From contig NC_058368.1 in the NCBI RefSeq assembly GCF_018350175.1, forward strand, positions 17,982,001-18,046,000: a DNA stretch of 64,000 nucleotides, read 5' to 3'. The first letter of the stretch is position 1; every line of letters begins with the position of its first letter. A program made the position numbers and the translations under genes. The notes below the pieces were generated by a model. The model had not been told where the DNA came from and searched no databases. It saw nothing but the letters and a program-made list of their open reading frames with translations. The stretch comes from Felis catus (lineage: Eukaryota). Positions 12,130 through 23,289 of this stretch are shown here, piece after piece.

Positions 12130-14273
12130 AAGGAAATTCAAATTTTAAAAAGTTAGGTTTGGGCTTGGATTTAGTTAAAATTCTGTGCTGGCTAAGGGAG
12201 ATGTACACGGCCCAAATTTGGCCCATGTGTGCCAATCTGCAGCCTCTGATTTAAATAATGTGTCAAGACTAGTATCAAAATAAACCTGCTTTGAGAGTTT
12301 TTGAGAAGAGGCTTTTGTTCTCCAGCCTCGAGCCAATCTCAGCAATTCCAGTGCTGAACATCCTTCTTCTAAATTAAAAAAAAAAAAAGTGTTCTCTCTA
12401 TTTAAAATGCAAATATCTCTTAGAAAGTGACATATTAGATTATTATTAGTGATGTCAACCTTAACATAGATGATAGCATTGGCATCCTTTTAAACTACTG
12501 GATAAGTAAGGTGTGAGGATAGGAAGAAACTGAAGAGAGCATATCAGATCAAAGGAACAAGCCACCCAGGAAAGGAATGAACTGAAAGCTGTGTTAGGTT
12601 CTAAAAATAAAACTACTTCACGACTTGATTTTGAGCAGTCCTTGACTTTGACTTCTAATGATAGTTCCAATGAGCAATCATTGTTCCTTTCATAAATCCC
12701 CAGACAGAAAGATGGAGACTGTCTCTCTTTGATGGAATGTTTTTTTTTTCCTTGATTAGTTTCCGGTTTCCAGATGACAAGATGCTGAAGATGATTACTT
12801 GTAGGTGAAGTTCATAGATGTCGCTCATACGAAAGCCCCGCCATATGTATCTCTCCGACAGCTAAAGAGCAATATTCCGTCTCATCCTTGGTTAGTCACA
12901 GAGTCTGGTTAAGATGCATCCAGTGAGAGGGATAACGTCAATCCATTAGGATTTCAGCAGAAGGAACTTGAAAAAATCAGAAATGGCCACTCAGAATGGG
13001 ATGTGGGAGGGGCTGGATTTCCCTGAGAAGGGTCGAGCACTATGGGAGCAGCCCCACCTCAGGGCATTTAACTTACTTATAAAAGGGGAAAAAGGAGGAA
13101 GCTCCAAACTAGAATTAGAGAATTGGAAAGGCTGGAAAGTCTAGTTTTTGTTATTGCTTTGCCTGTATTTACCTTTGTGAGTAGATATGATGCTATGATT
13201 TCCTTCACTGGAAGTATCCTCCTCTGTTCTCCCACCTACTCTTACCTACCTGCTTCTCTGATGCACATCGTAAGTGCTTGAATGATTCTCTAATTACTTC
13301 TGTTTGGTAGATGTAAGAAATAATCTAGGCAGTATTTGAGTCTTTCAGGAAAGTTGTCTATAATTCTCATCTCAAGTTATTCAAGCATTAACTTCATCAT
13401 TAGAATATTTTTCTGTTCTGAATTCCTTTTATGGAAACTCTGTTCCCTGGAAAAGATTTTTAGAGCCAAACAAGGAGGGAACTGACCATCATCAAAGCAT
13501 TTTGGGAAAAGAATGATGATTTTGGAAAAAAATGTAGGTTTATATATTGTTTGGATTGCATGATCTGGGTATTTCTCTCAAGCGATTTTTTTTTTCCAGT
13601 ACTCACTGAGTTTGATTTCTCCCCTCTGGTTCTTAGGGTGAATTTTTCAACTAACATCACTTCATTGCTTTCAGCTGATTTCTTTATCACCCAATTGTAT
13701 TCTGTTTTCCTTTCATTATTCTTCTTGTCTAGATTTTAATGAGAGGTCCTATTTCCCCTCACCTTTACCATACCAGATGTTATCATTATTTTGCCAATCA
13801 GATAAAGAAAGAATATATATTGAATGCCTACATTTCTTAATTTGCACTGAGATTGATTTTTTAAAGTGTTTTTTATTGTATGTCTTCTTTTGTGGATTGC
13901 TTGTTCTTGACTTTTCTCAATTTTTCTTTGGAAATGACTTGGTTCTTTATAGAATACATACCATAGGGAACAAGGGCTGAGACTGGATAAATAAATTAGG
14001 ACTGATTTAAAAGGCCTTAAAAGCCTGACTGAAAATGTAAATCTAATATACTATACAATAAGACCTTACATCATTCATTTGCATCTAGGAAGGGCCAATC
14101 AATTTTGAACCTTTTTAAATTACAAAATATGTCTAAAGAAGATTGCAAGAAATAGAACATTTCGGCATTCTGGAAATGCCCCCTTTCCTTCCTTGAATAC
14201 AGTTCTCTCCTTCATCTCTGCAAGTTATTCTAACTTACTTTTACCACCTCTGTCAACAATATTTAGTTCTGTC

Positions 14274-14458
14274 TTTTTTTTTAAGTTTGATTATTTATTT
14301 TGGGGGGGGGGGCAGGAGAGAGGGAGAGAGAGAGAGAGAGAGAAAGAGAATCTGAAGCTGGCTCCATGCTGTCAGCACAGAGCTGGACACAGGGCTCGAT
14401 CTCATGACTTGAGCAGAAGTCAAGAGTGGGATGTTAACTGACTGAGCCACCCAGGTGC
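14274..14458 (-). mobile_element. Can-SINE
   Basis: antisense SINE consensus. Confidence 0.85.
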
Positions 14459-14515
14459 ATCTAGTTCTGTATAGTTTTTGTAAAACCTTGTATGATGCCA
14501 TCATTTAAGGCTATC

Positions 14516-14730
14516 TTTTTTTTTTTTTAACGTTTATTTATTTTTGAGACAGAGAGAGACAGAGCATGAACGGGGGAGGGTCAAACAGAGAGGGAGACAC
14601 AGAATCTGAAACAGGCTCCAGGCTCTGAGCTGTCAGCACAGAGCCCAACGCGAGGCTCGAACTCACAAACCATGAGATCGTGACCTGAGCGAAGTCGAAC
14701 ACTTAACTGACTGAGCCACCCAGGCGCCCC
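14516..14730 (-). mobile_element. Can-SINE (SINEC_Fc)
   Basis: antisense consensus; TSD aaggctatcttttt on both sides. Confidence 0.92.
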
Positions 14731-14739
14731 AAGGCTATC

Positions 14740-15175
14740 TTTTTTTGCTCAATTCTATGTTTGTGAAATTCGACTATGTTGTTAGATATCTCTTGGAGTT
14801 TGTTCCTTTTTATTGCAGTGTAATGGTAATGTTTCTTATATAAATACACCACAATTTATTCATGTATTCAGAAGCTGATGGACTTCCAGGTAGTTTTCAG
14901 TCTGATTCATTACAAAGATCCGCTACTCATTACTCTTTGGAATGAATTCCAAAGTCTTTTCCAAAATGGTTGTAGTAATGTATACTTGACTAGCATAAAG
15001 TGATATTATGCTCTCTATCCTTACTCACTTGGGTGTGTAGTGAAATTTCATTGTGGGTTTAATTTGCATTTGCTGTTTACAGGTGATGTTGAGTGCCTTT
15101 TCTGATGCTTCTTGGCAACTAGATATTCTCTTTTGTGAACTGCCTGTCTAAATCCCTTGCCTGGTTTCTACTAGG
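14740..15175 (-). mobile_element. Old L1 fragment (antisense)
   Basis: cattgtgggtttaatttgcattt...gatgttgagtgccttt...tcttttgtgaactgcctgt, a typical antisense L1 3'-region signature. Confidence 0.65.
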
Positions 15176-15179
15176 TTAC

Positions 15180-16900
15180 ATGGAACAGATTGAACAAATA
15201 CGTAAATATATTAGGGATAAAGGATGCCAAGTGTCTTACTGTTTGAGAAGGGAGCTATCAAAGAAAGGAAGAAAGCTAAAATAACTCCTGAGGTGTTGAT
15301 TGGAAATACAATGACTGATGTGAACTCGTGGTTTTCAAAATATGTAAATGGATATGTAGATATCTATGTAGGCAGGGAAAGTATGAGATAAGCCTGGATA
15401 TATTATTAGGACGGGAAACAAGCAAAAACTCTGATGGAGTTGTATCAGAAAGACACAGAAGCCAATTTGGATGGCCTCCCACTGGGCAAGCCTGAGAAAA
15501 TTTGAGCATTAAAATAAATAATAACAGCAATGGATTATGACTCATTGAATAAATAGAAAACCCTGAAGTCCTACACAAACAAGTTTAAAGTCTGATGAAA
15601 AGTGGAATATATACATAGTTTTTATATGTCAAATTATATACAAATTACTTCCCAATGAAACATTTACTAAATAGAAATGAGGAGAGTGTAACATTGCGTG
15701 AAGAATCCTCGCTGAAAACACCTTAATCAAATGATCAAGATGAACATTGGCAGTATGTGCACCAATTAAAATTCTGTATCACCTGATGAGATGCAATTAC
15801 AACACAGGTCAACGACAGTGATATTCCTACCAAGAATGCACACTGTGTCTCATTATGAGGAAACACAGAAAGTGAAATTGACACGCCTTCTATAATATAA
15901 CTGGCCTATAATCTTCAAGTGTCAAAGTCATACAAGTTAGAAAAGGTTGAGAAACTGTCCCAAACTGGAAGAGAATAAAGGGACTGGGGGAATAAAGACA
16001 TGATGTGATTCCAAACTATGTCTTTAAAATAAAACTTGAATGGGATCTGAGGATCTCTTTCAAGACCATCCAATAATCTACTGCCTGAAGGATTAGGAGA
16101 GCGCTGACAGAAGAGTAACCAGCTAGGGGGTGCTGGTGGCGTCTGGGACAGTTCCTAACAGCCTGTGCTGAGCGTCCGTTAGTGGGAGGCTCTGTGGTCA
16201 CCTGGGTCCGCAGTCCCCGGGGCTGGCCGGGTCTCCAGAGGCACTTCCTTCCTTTCCTCTGTCCTCCGCCCTCCACCTGCGCCCCCTCCCGGCACCCGGC
16301 ACCTCCCAGCTCGCCTCCTGGGCCGCGGGGCAGTCCTTGAAGGTCCAGCCGACTGCAGAGGGCGCGCAGCGGCCTCGGGGTTGGGGAGGGGGTGGTGGGG
16401 AGCAGGCCCTGCCGCTGATGCCTTGGGGCCGACCTGTCCCGACAGACTCAGCTGGCACACCTGTGCTGTCCCATCTCGCACCTCGGCGAGTGGAAGGCGT
16501 GTGGTTCTCCACGCCAGCTCCCGAGGCCGCGCGTCACAGCTGTCCCGGGGGGCTCGCAGTGTCCCGGAGCCGGAGCTGGAGCTAGAGCCGGAGCGGCGGC
16601 GTTGGCGCGTCTTGGCCTCTGTCTCCACCCAGGGAATGCTGCACCAGGGTGCAGGCGGCCGGGCCACCCCTGTTCCCCACCAGCACCACGGGCATCTTCC
16701 AAAGTCTTCACCCACTTCACCTACTCCCTGCACTGGTGGATGTCCTCAAGGGACTCGGTGCTGTTGATGGTGAATAAACAGTACATTTACGGGGCCAGTA
16801 AAATTTTAACGTCACTTTCCTGATTTTGATGTTGTTACTGTGGTTATGCTTGTGGGAAATGGACGCTGGAATATCTGATGTGGTGGGTATCACGTTGGGA
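15180..16900 (+). mobile_element. L1MC-like 3' region interrupted by the HRAS retrocopy
   Basis: aaacttgaatgggatctgaggat (to ~16054) resumes as ...tttcctgattttgatgttgttactgtggttatg (~16815-16850), which is contiguous in the L1MC consensus as I recall it. Confidence 0.65.
16054..16780 (-). pseudogene. HRAS: Processed, 5'-truncated HRAS retrocopy including the IDX alternative exon and the full 3' UTR
   Basis: Minus strand reads CLFTINSTESLEDIHQCRE*VKWVK..PVVLVGNRGGPAACTL..CSIPWVETEAKTRQ-RRRSGSSSSSGSGTL. HRAS reads [55 protein letters not shown], then IDX GSRSGSSSSSGTL. Exon-4A-like sequence follows, then a 3' UTR ending ATTATTGGATGGTCTTGA with a short A-rich remnant. Coding introns are absent. 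In-frame TAG at 16721-16723, frameshifts and a ~32-nt deletion. Confidence 0.9.
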
Positions 16901-16904
16901 TTCG

Positions 16905-17230
16905 ATTTTACTTTATTACAAGTGATGGGTTGGCCTGTTGATATTTCACTGACACTGATGGAAGACAGAAGACCTCCGGGTCAGAGACAAAGTAATTTAT
17001 TACTCATGCCACAGGATGCAGCATGAACATCCTTTGTGTCTGCCCCCCTTTCCCCCAAAGCCCCACGGAGGCAGCACAGAGGGCCCTGATGGCACCTGTG
17101 CAGTGGATTGAAATACAGAGAGAAACCCTGAACTTGGGGAACCTATTATATAGCAAACATTAAGCAAGACTGAACTTTGTCCAGAACATTACCTCATCCC
17201 TCAAGGTTGCTCACTGCCAACAGAACCTGG
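16905..17230 (-). mobile_element. ERVL-class LTR remnant (MER76/MER77-like)
   Basis: ctccgggtcagagacaaagtaatttattactcatgccacag signature; minus-strand AATAAA 16996-17001 and TATATAA 17146-17152. Confidence 0.55.
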
Positions 17231-17289
17231 ATACACACAAAGGGATAGAGTGTGTATCCATCAAAACGCACCAGTTTCTGTGGCGGTAT

Positions 17290-17740
17290 TCCTATTACCC
17301 TATCTCAAGATTGTGAGCAACTTAAGTGTCCATCAATAGTAGAGAATATAAGTGAATTACGGTGAGAATATATTCTTATACACAGAATATAAGTGAATGA
17401 ATGAAAAGGAATAAACCACCATTACGTAAAGCAGCGTGGATGAATCTCACAACATAAGGTTGAATGACCGCATCCAGATACAGAAAACATATAGTGTATG
17501 GTTTCATTTACACTAAATTGAAAAGCAGACAGAACCAATTTACAGAGATAGATGGCGATCGAGAGAGATAGAGGTCCTGGAGGTTGTGACTGGAAGGTTT
17601 GGGGAAGGCTTCTGAGATAGCAATAAATTTTTTTTCCTTCACGTGGGGCAGTTACATGCTTGTGTTCACTTCTTCATAATCCATTGAGCTGAATACTCAA
17701 GCTATGAGCTGTTTTCTGGGTTGTACTTTAACAAAAGATT
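17290..17740 (+). mobile_element. Old L1 (L1ME/L1MB-like) 3' fragment
   Basis: aagtgtccatcaatagtaga...tggatgaatctcacaacataa...tatggtttcatttac. Confidence 0.65.
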
Positions 17741-17849
17741 GACATGTGAAAAAAAATGTTGTGTATGTATATTGTATAAGTGAAGTAATACAAAGATGTG
17801 TACAGGAAACGTGAATAACTTTCCCATCTTCCTAGTCTCCTGGGGTAAT

Positions 17850-17937
17850 CTTTTTTTTTTAATTAAAAAATTTTTTAATGTTTATTTATCTTTGAAAGAG
17901 AGAGAGAGAAAGAGAGACAAAGTGCAAGCAGGGGAGG

Positions 17938-17993
<56 letters not shown>

Positions 17994-18121
17994 ATCCAAA
18001 GCAGGCTCCAGGATCTGAGCTGTCAGCACAGAGCCCTATGTGGGGCTCAAACCCACGAACTGCGAGATCATGACCTGAGCCAAAGTCGGTTGCTCAACCA
18101 ACTGAGCCACCCAGGCGCACC
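17850..18121 (-). mobile_element. Can-SINE with expanded (GA)n
   Basis: antisense consensus. Confidence 0.9.
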
Positions 18122-19635
18122 TATCCGTTTTTAATAGACCAGTAGGTACCCTTTTATATCTTCTCCTAGGGAAACAGGCAAATATGGTCATTTATACACA
18201 AATATCTCTGGTTTCTCTTTTTTGTTTCGTTATTTGCATTTACCCATTATGTGATACACTCTATAAACTTTAAAATCTAATTTTTATTTGGTAATTTGTC
18301 ATGGGATTTTCTATAAATTGATAGCTAGAGCTGGAACTTTTATCTCTAATTTGTCTACCCACACAGTCATAATTTTATAGAAATAAGAATACATACTGTT
18401 ATTTTTAGTGAAGCCTTTTATTTTCTATGAATTTCCCCCTCCCCCCACACAATCTTTCCCACTTTTGGAACAACCTGGTACTTTTCTCCCTTATATAATC
18501 ATTTATACATATATAATGTATATATACAATCACTTATGAGGGCCCAAAGAGAGATGGGTCTGGTTTGGGGCCCCTGCCTGGGGTTGTAGGATCTGGACAC
18601 TTTTTGTTCAATAATTTGTTAATTAGGCTTTAGGATCATCTCATCTTGATTAAAAAGAAATCTGTTTTCTCTAATCTGCAATTATTAGAGCACACTGTTT
18701 TTGCTCTTTCAGAAAGAGTATATGGTTGGGCTCAATAATACATGGCCCATACTTTATCAGGCCCCTCACACCAAGATGCTGGGACTTCACAAAGGTCATC
18801 GTTCACCTATTGTCACCTTTTCAATCTTTTCTCTTCTCTTCTCCGAGTACAAAACGCCAGCTGTTTTGGTGGCTCTGTGCCTTGGTCTCATGATCAAATT
18901 TCTCGTTTAGAAGGAACCACTCCATCTCCGACACCAGGCGGTTCTTTAAACAGGCTGGCTGTATACTACAAACCAAATAACCCCAGGGGTCAGCTGTTCA
19001 TTATGAGGGACCTAACCGTTCACAGTCATTTGCCAATTGCTGGAGAGCACAATTCAAATTTGCTAACTGGTCACTGTTGACAGCTTTGCTATCATATCTC
19101 CTACCATAGAATTTCACCTGACTTATGTCTTGCTGTTTCTGTGCGGTTATTGCTTTAAGCTGGCAAAAAATTGCCATTGCATTAGTATTTAAAAGTAAAA
19201 TCAATGATTACTCTAGCACAGTGACAGAATGCTACTGCTGAATGCTATTGAATTTCTCATTAATATTAATTTGTAGTTTGTAGAGAAATGGCTTAACAAC
19301 CGAGCTACACACATATATTTCAAACATTGATTAAGTGAACCATAAATCTGTGTACGTGAAAAAAATTGCTTTTAACCATCTGTGTTTGATTTTATGGTCT
19401 GAACATTTTCAAAATCCATATTTCAGTAATAACATGCAATGTGCTTTTTCTAGTAGGCTAGTTATTAGTAAATATTTTCCAATTTTCTGACGAGCATAAA
19501 TTTGTTTTAGATTGCCGAGAATGATATAAAGTTTTCTGATGAATTGTTACTTAAAGGTATGATAACCCTGACATCAATATTATTATTATCATTATCAACC
19601 ATGATTTACTGACTATGTTTTAAGAACCTAGATCT

Positions 19636-19860
19636 GGGGCGCCTGGGTGGCGCAGTCGGTTAAGCGTCCGACTTCAGCCAGGTCACGATCTCACGGTCGG
19701 TGAAGTTCGAGCCCCGCGTCAGGCTCTGGGCTGATGGCTCAGAGCCTGGAGCCTGTTTCTGATTCTGTGTCTCCCTCTCTCTCTGCCCCTCCCCCGTTCA
19801 TGCTCTGTCTCTCTCTGTCCCCAAAATAAATAAACATTGAAAAAAAAAAATTTAAAAAAA
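19636..19860 (+). mobile_element. Young feline Can-SINE
   Basis: near-consensus body; perfect TSD aagaacctagatct (19622-19635 / 19861-19874). Confidence 0.95.
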
Positions 19861-20469
19861 AAGAACCTAGATCTGAACGAGGAATCTGATTTTCCTTCAT
19901 AGAGGAAAATGATGCTATCGATTCCAAATTACTAGGAAATTTAATTTGAATTGTTTTTCTTGATTGTGGTAATTAACTTCCATTATGTTTACGTTAGACA
20001 TACACAGGGCCATGTGTGCAACATTTGATGAGCATGTGCGCACAGAACAGAAATGAAAGATTTGCCACCTTAACTGGACGCGTTTGTAAATTCCAAACAG
20101 AAAACTTGCTTTTTATAAGACAATAGGTTATTTGTTCATTAACAAATATTTATGAATGTGTAAGGCATTATACTAATTCTTGCAGTGGGGTATATAGGTG
20201 AACAGTGCATGTTCTTTAACCCAAGGTACCTTACTATAAACTAGGAAAATTGATGAGGCATGTATACAATGACCATAATATAAATTCTATTTTTTATATG
20301 TTCATTTATTATTTTTGCAGTCTCCCTAAGATTGTGAGAACCAGAGAGAGAGGGAGAGAGAGAGAGAAAGGGGGGGGGGAACAAAATTATTGCAGTGACG
20401 AAGTTTCTTTTGGGGGCGTGTCATATGTGGATATGCCTTCACTGAAAAATACACATGCTTTAGGCCAGA

Positions 20470-20663
20470 GCAGTAGAACGCATGCTTTAGTGTGTGTGTC
20501 ATAGAATCGCTTGGAAAACTTGTTAAAACACAAATTGCTGAACTCCCACCCCAGAGCTTCCATTACTGTGAGTCTAGGGTGGGGCCTGAGAATTTGCATT
20601 TCTAATAAGTTTCCAGATGATGCTTATGTTCCTGGTAGAGGAATCACACTTTGAAAAACTACT
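20470..20663. mobile_element. MER5A-like hAT/Charlie DNA transposon
   Basis: gggtggggcctgagaatttgcatttctaataagtttccagatgatgct...cacactttgaaaaactactg. Confidence 0.75.
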
Positions 20664-20747
20664 GGATTAGAGATTCCCAAAACTGGTTAGTAGTAAAAAT
20701 TACATGGGGAGTATTTCCTGTCCTTCCTCCTTTTAAAACCTTTTCTT

Positions 20748-20974
20748 GGGGCGCCTGGGTGGCGCAGTCGGTTAAGCGTCCGACTTCAGCCAGGTCACGA
20801 TCCCACGGTCCGTGAGTTCGAGCCCCGTGTCGGGCTCTGGGCTGATGGCTCGGAGCCTGGAGCCTGTTTCCGATTCTGTGTCTCCCTCTCTCTCTGCCCC
20901 TCCCCCGTTCATGCTCTGTCTCTCTCTGTCCCAAAAATAAATAAAAAACGTTGAAAAAAAAATTAAAAAAAAAA
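20748..20974 (+). mobile_element. Young feline Can-SINE
   Basis: TSD taaaaccttttctt (20734-20747 / 20975-20988). Confidence 0.95.
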
Positions 20975-21253
20975 TAAAACCTTTTCTTTCTTCCCTCCCT
21001 TCCTCCTTTCCTTTCTTTCTTCCTTCCCTGTTCTTTTTTCCTTTTAACATGGATATTCCTCCTCCTCACTCTTAAGAGATGCAGTGGGTCTGTGCCAAAG
21101 ATCAAAACTCGACACTTTCAAAAAGTAATTTGAAACAGTGTAATTTGCTGAATCCTGGGTTAACTAATCTTCCTTTCTGCTGTACTTGGGTAAATTAAAT
21201 AGGGGGAGAGGATGGAGTGAACATGGCAGGTAAATATAATATGAGGAGCTTGG

Positions 21254-21468
21254 GGGGCGCCTGGGTGGCTCAGTTGGTTAAGCGTCCGACTTCGGCTCCG
21301 GTCATGATCTCATGGTTCGTGGGTTCAAGCCCCCACGTCAGGCTTTGTGCTGACGGCTCAGGGCCTGGAGCCTGCTTCAGATTCTGTGTCTCCCTTCCTC
21401 TCGCTGCCCCTGCCCCACTTGTGTGCTCTCTCTCTCTCAGAAATAAATAAACAAACATTTTTTAAAAA
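21254..21468 (+). mobile_element. Can-SINE
   Basis: consensus head and tail. Confidence 0.9.
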
Positions 21469-21936
21469 GGGTTTGGTTAAATGAAGTGGAGAATTGTTTG
21501 TATTCTTTAATTTGATTCTCTGATAGGTTAATTTTCTGGTGTCCAAAGGTGGCAGGATTTAGAACATTCTAAAAGGCCAGTTCTAATTGCTAATGGGCCA
21601 TGCACTCCTGGGGCTGGGGCTCGTTAGGAGCTAAGGGTAGTCAGGCATAGGTGTAATCGTGATGGATGACTCTGAATTAATGTGACCTGTTCTCCACCTC
21701 CTTCACATCATGGGTGTTTTTCTATTTTTAAGCAACTTGAAGGTCCTTTGTCATTTTTCACTCTTACCAAACTTAATCCAGTAACCCGCTGTTTGTGTTT
21801 CCCAAGTGGGACTATGAGAACACCACAAATAAGTATGGGGCACATTCAGGGAGTATCACCTTCAGTTAAAAATAAGTGCAGTGCCACATTATCTCCCAGA
21901 ACAAGACTCTAATGACCAGTGTTTCAAGCACCGTAG

Positions 21937-21937
<1 letters not shown>

Positions 21938-21972
<35 letters not shown>
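21938..21972. repeat. (GT)n microsatellite
   Basis: directly visible. Confidence 0.95.
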
Positions 21973-21974
<2 letters not shown>

Positions 21975-23289
21975 TTTATCCTTTTGTGCTGGTAGGTTAT
22001 TAACAGTCCTAGTTACAAACAATGTTTGCAAGTATTTTTTCCGATTGCTAAATAGTCAAAACTGAGTGTAGAAGACGATAAAACTAACCCTGCAAAATAT
22101 GATGTAACCTCCATTACCTAAACTGCCTTCGCTGTCTGTGCCTACGGAACATGGCTGGATGAGATCACACTGAACTAACAGATGTAATAATTCTTTTTAC
22201 CAATAGGACAGCCAGTCCTCCAAAATCAGCTTGTTTACAATCAATGACTGAACTGGTTAATAGGTAAAACGAGTTAGCGACCAAACCTATCAAAACTTGA
22301 AGTCACCTCTTGTTTTTAAAACGGTATCCTATATAAGTGTTAGTCAATACATAGGAATGGAAACGGTCGCTATAATTGAGATGTGGCAGATGACTTTAAA
22401 ATACAACAGCATTCGCCTTGGAAATGGCTTTTACAGGTTTGGGATTTTTTTTTTCTCCTCCAAATCACAGTGTCAGAACTTCAATTTGACGTTTCACCCA
22501 ATGGAGACGTCTCTTCTCCACCTCTCCGAGGATTTTCAATTGGCTCCTGCTTCAACACTTCCAGTGAGAATGAAGGTATAACCATTCTCTGATCGGGCAT
22601 CTCTAAATGACAGAAGGTAATTTTCTTTCCAAAATCTTCACAGAAATGTTCATTCTTCTGTGAGACAGGTCTGTGTGATTCCCAACTTCACATTGTTCTA
22701 CAGTATCACACTGCCTGCTAACACATGCCTACTGTGTGCCAAGAAATTTGTAGGATAATTGTTAGGAACTGAAAAATTAGTGACACCCAGCGCCTTTTCT
22801 TAAGGTGTTAATACTCTGTTGATAGAAAACATAATACATGTGCGTAACTATTTCTAATTCATAGTGCCGAAGAAAATCTTCCGGTTCTATAAACTCATGC
22901 TCAGGTGACATAAAAAGGAATTATACCCAAATGGACATTTCTTGGAGGAGAAACCTGACAGGCAGACATGCTGAGGTAACAACGAGGAAAACATTCAAGG
23001 CAGAAGGGAGGCCATGTGGAGAGAGGGGAGAAAGACACCGGGCATGTTGAGAAACAAGGAGCATAATGCCTGGAGTGCAGCATAAAATAAATCTGGGGCA
23101 GCAGTGTGAGTGACACAGAAGGATTTATTTCTCAGATGGCTTAGGGTCGAATTCTAGAGTACCTGGAAGCCAGAGACAGCAGTCTGGATTTGATTCTCTA
23201 CACTAGCATTCCCCAGAGTGGGGTGTAAACTCTGGGAGGTATGTAAGAGAACGCACTGGGGTGTGAGGAGATGTCAAAACTTCAGTCAG

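Noticed and set aside
16179..16733. 184-aa minus-strand ORF containing ETEAKTRQRRRSGSSSSSGSGTL, as a functional p19-like retrogene
   Set aside because: It has a non-ATG start and only ~30 residues in the HRAS/IDX frame. The GTPase motifs are lost or destroyed, and its length is explained by the scarcity of stops in GC-rich DNA. Ribo-seq or dN/dS evidence would be needed.
20659..21546. Recurrent ORFs such as '[19 protein letters not shown]' and '[16 protein letters not shown]' here and elsewhere
   Set aside because: Translations of Can-SINE bodies.
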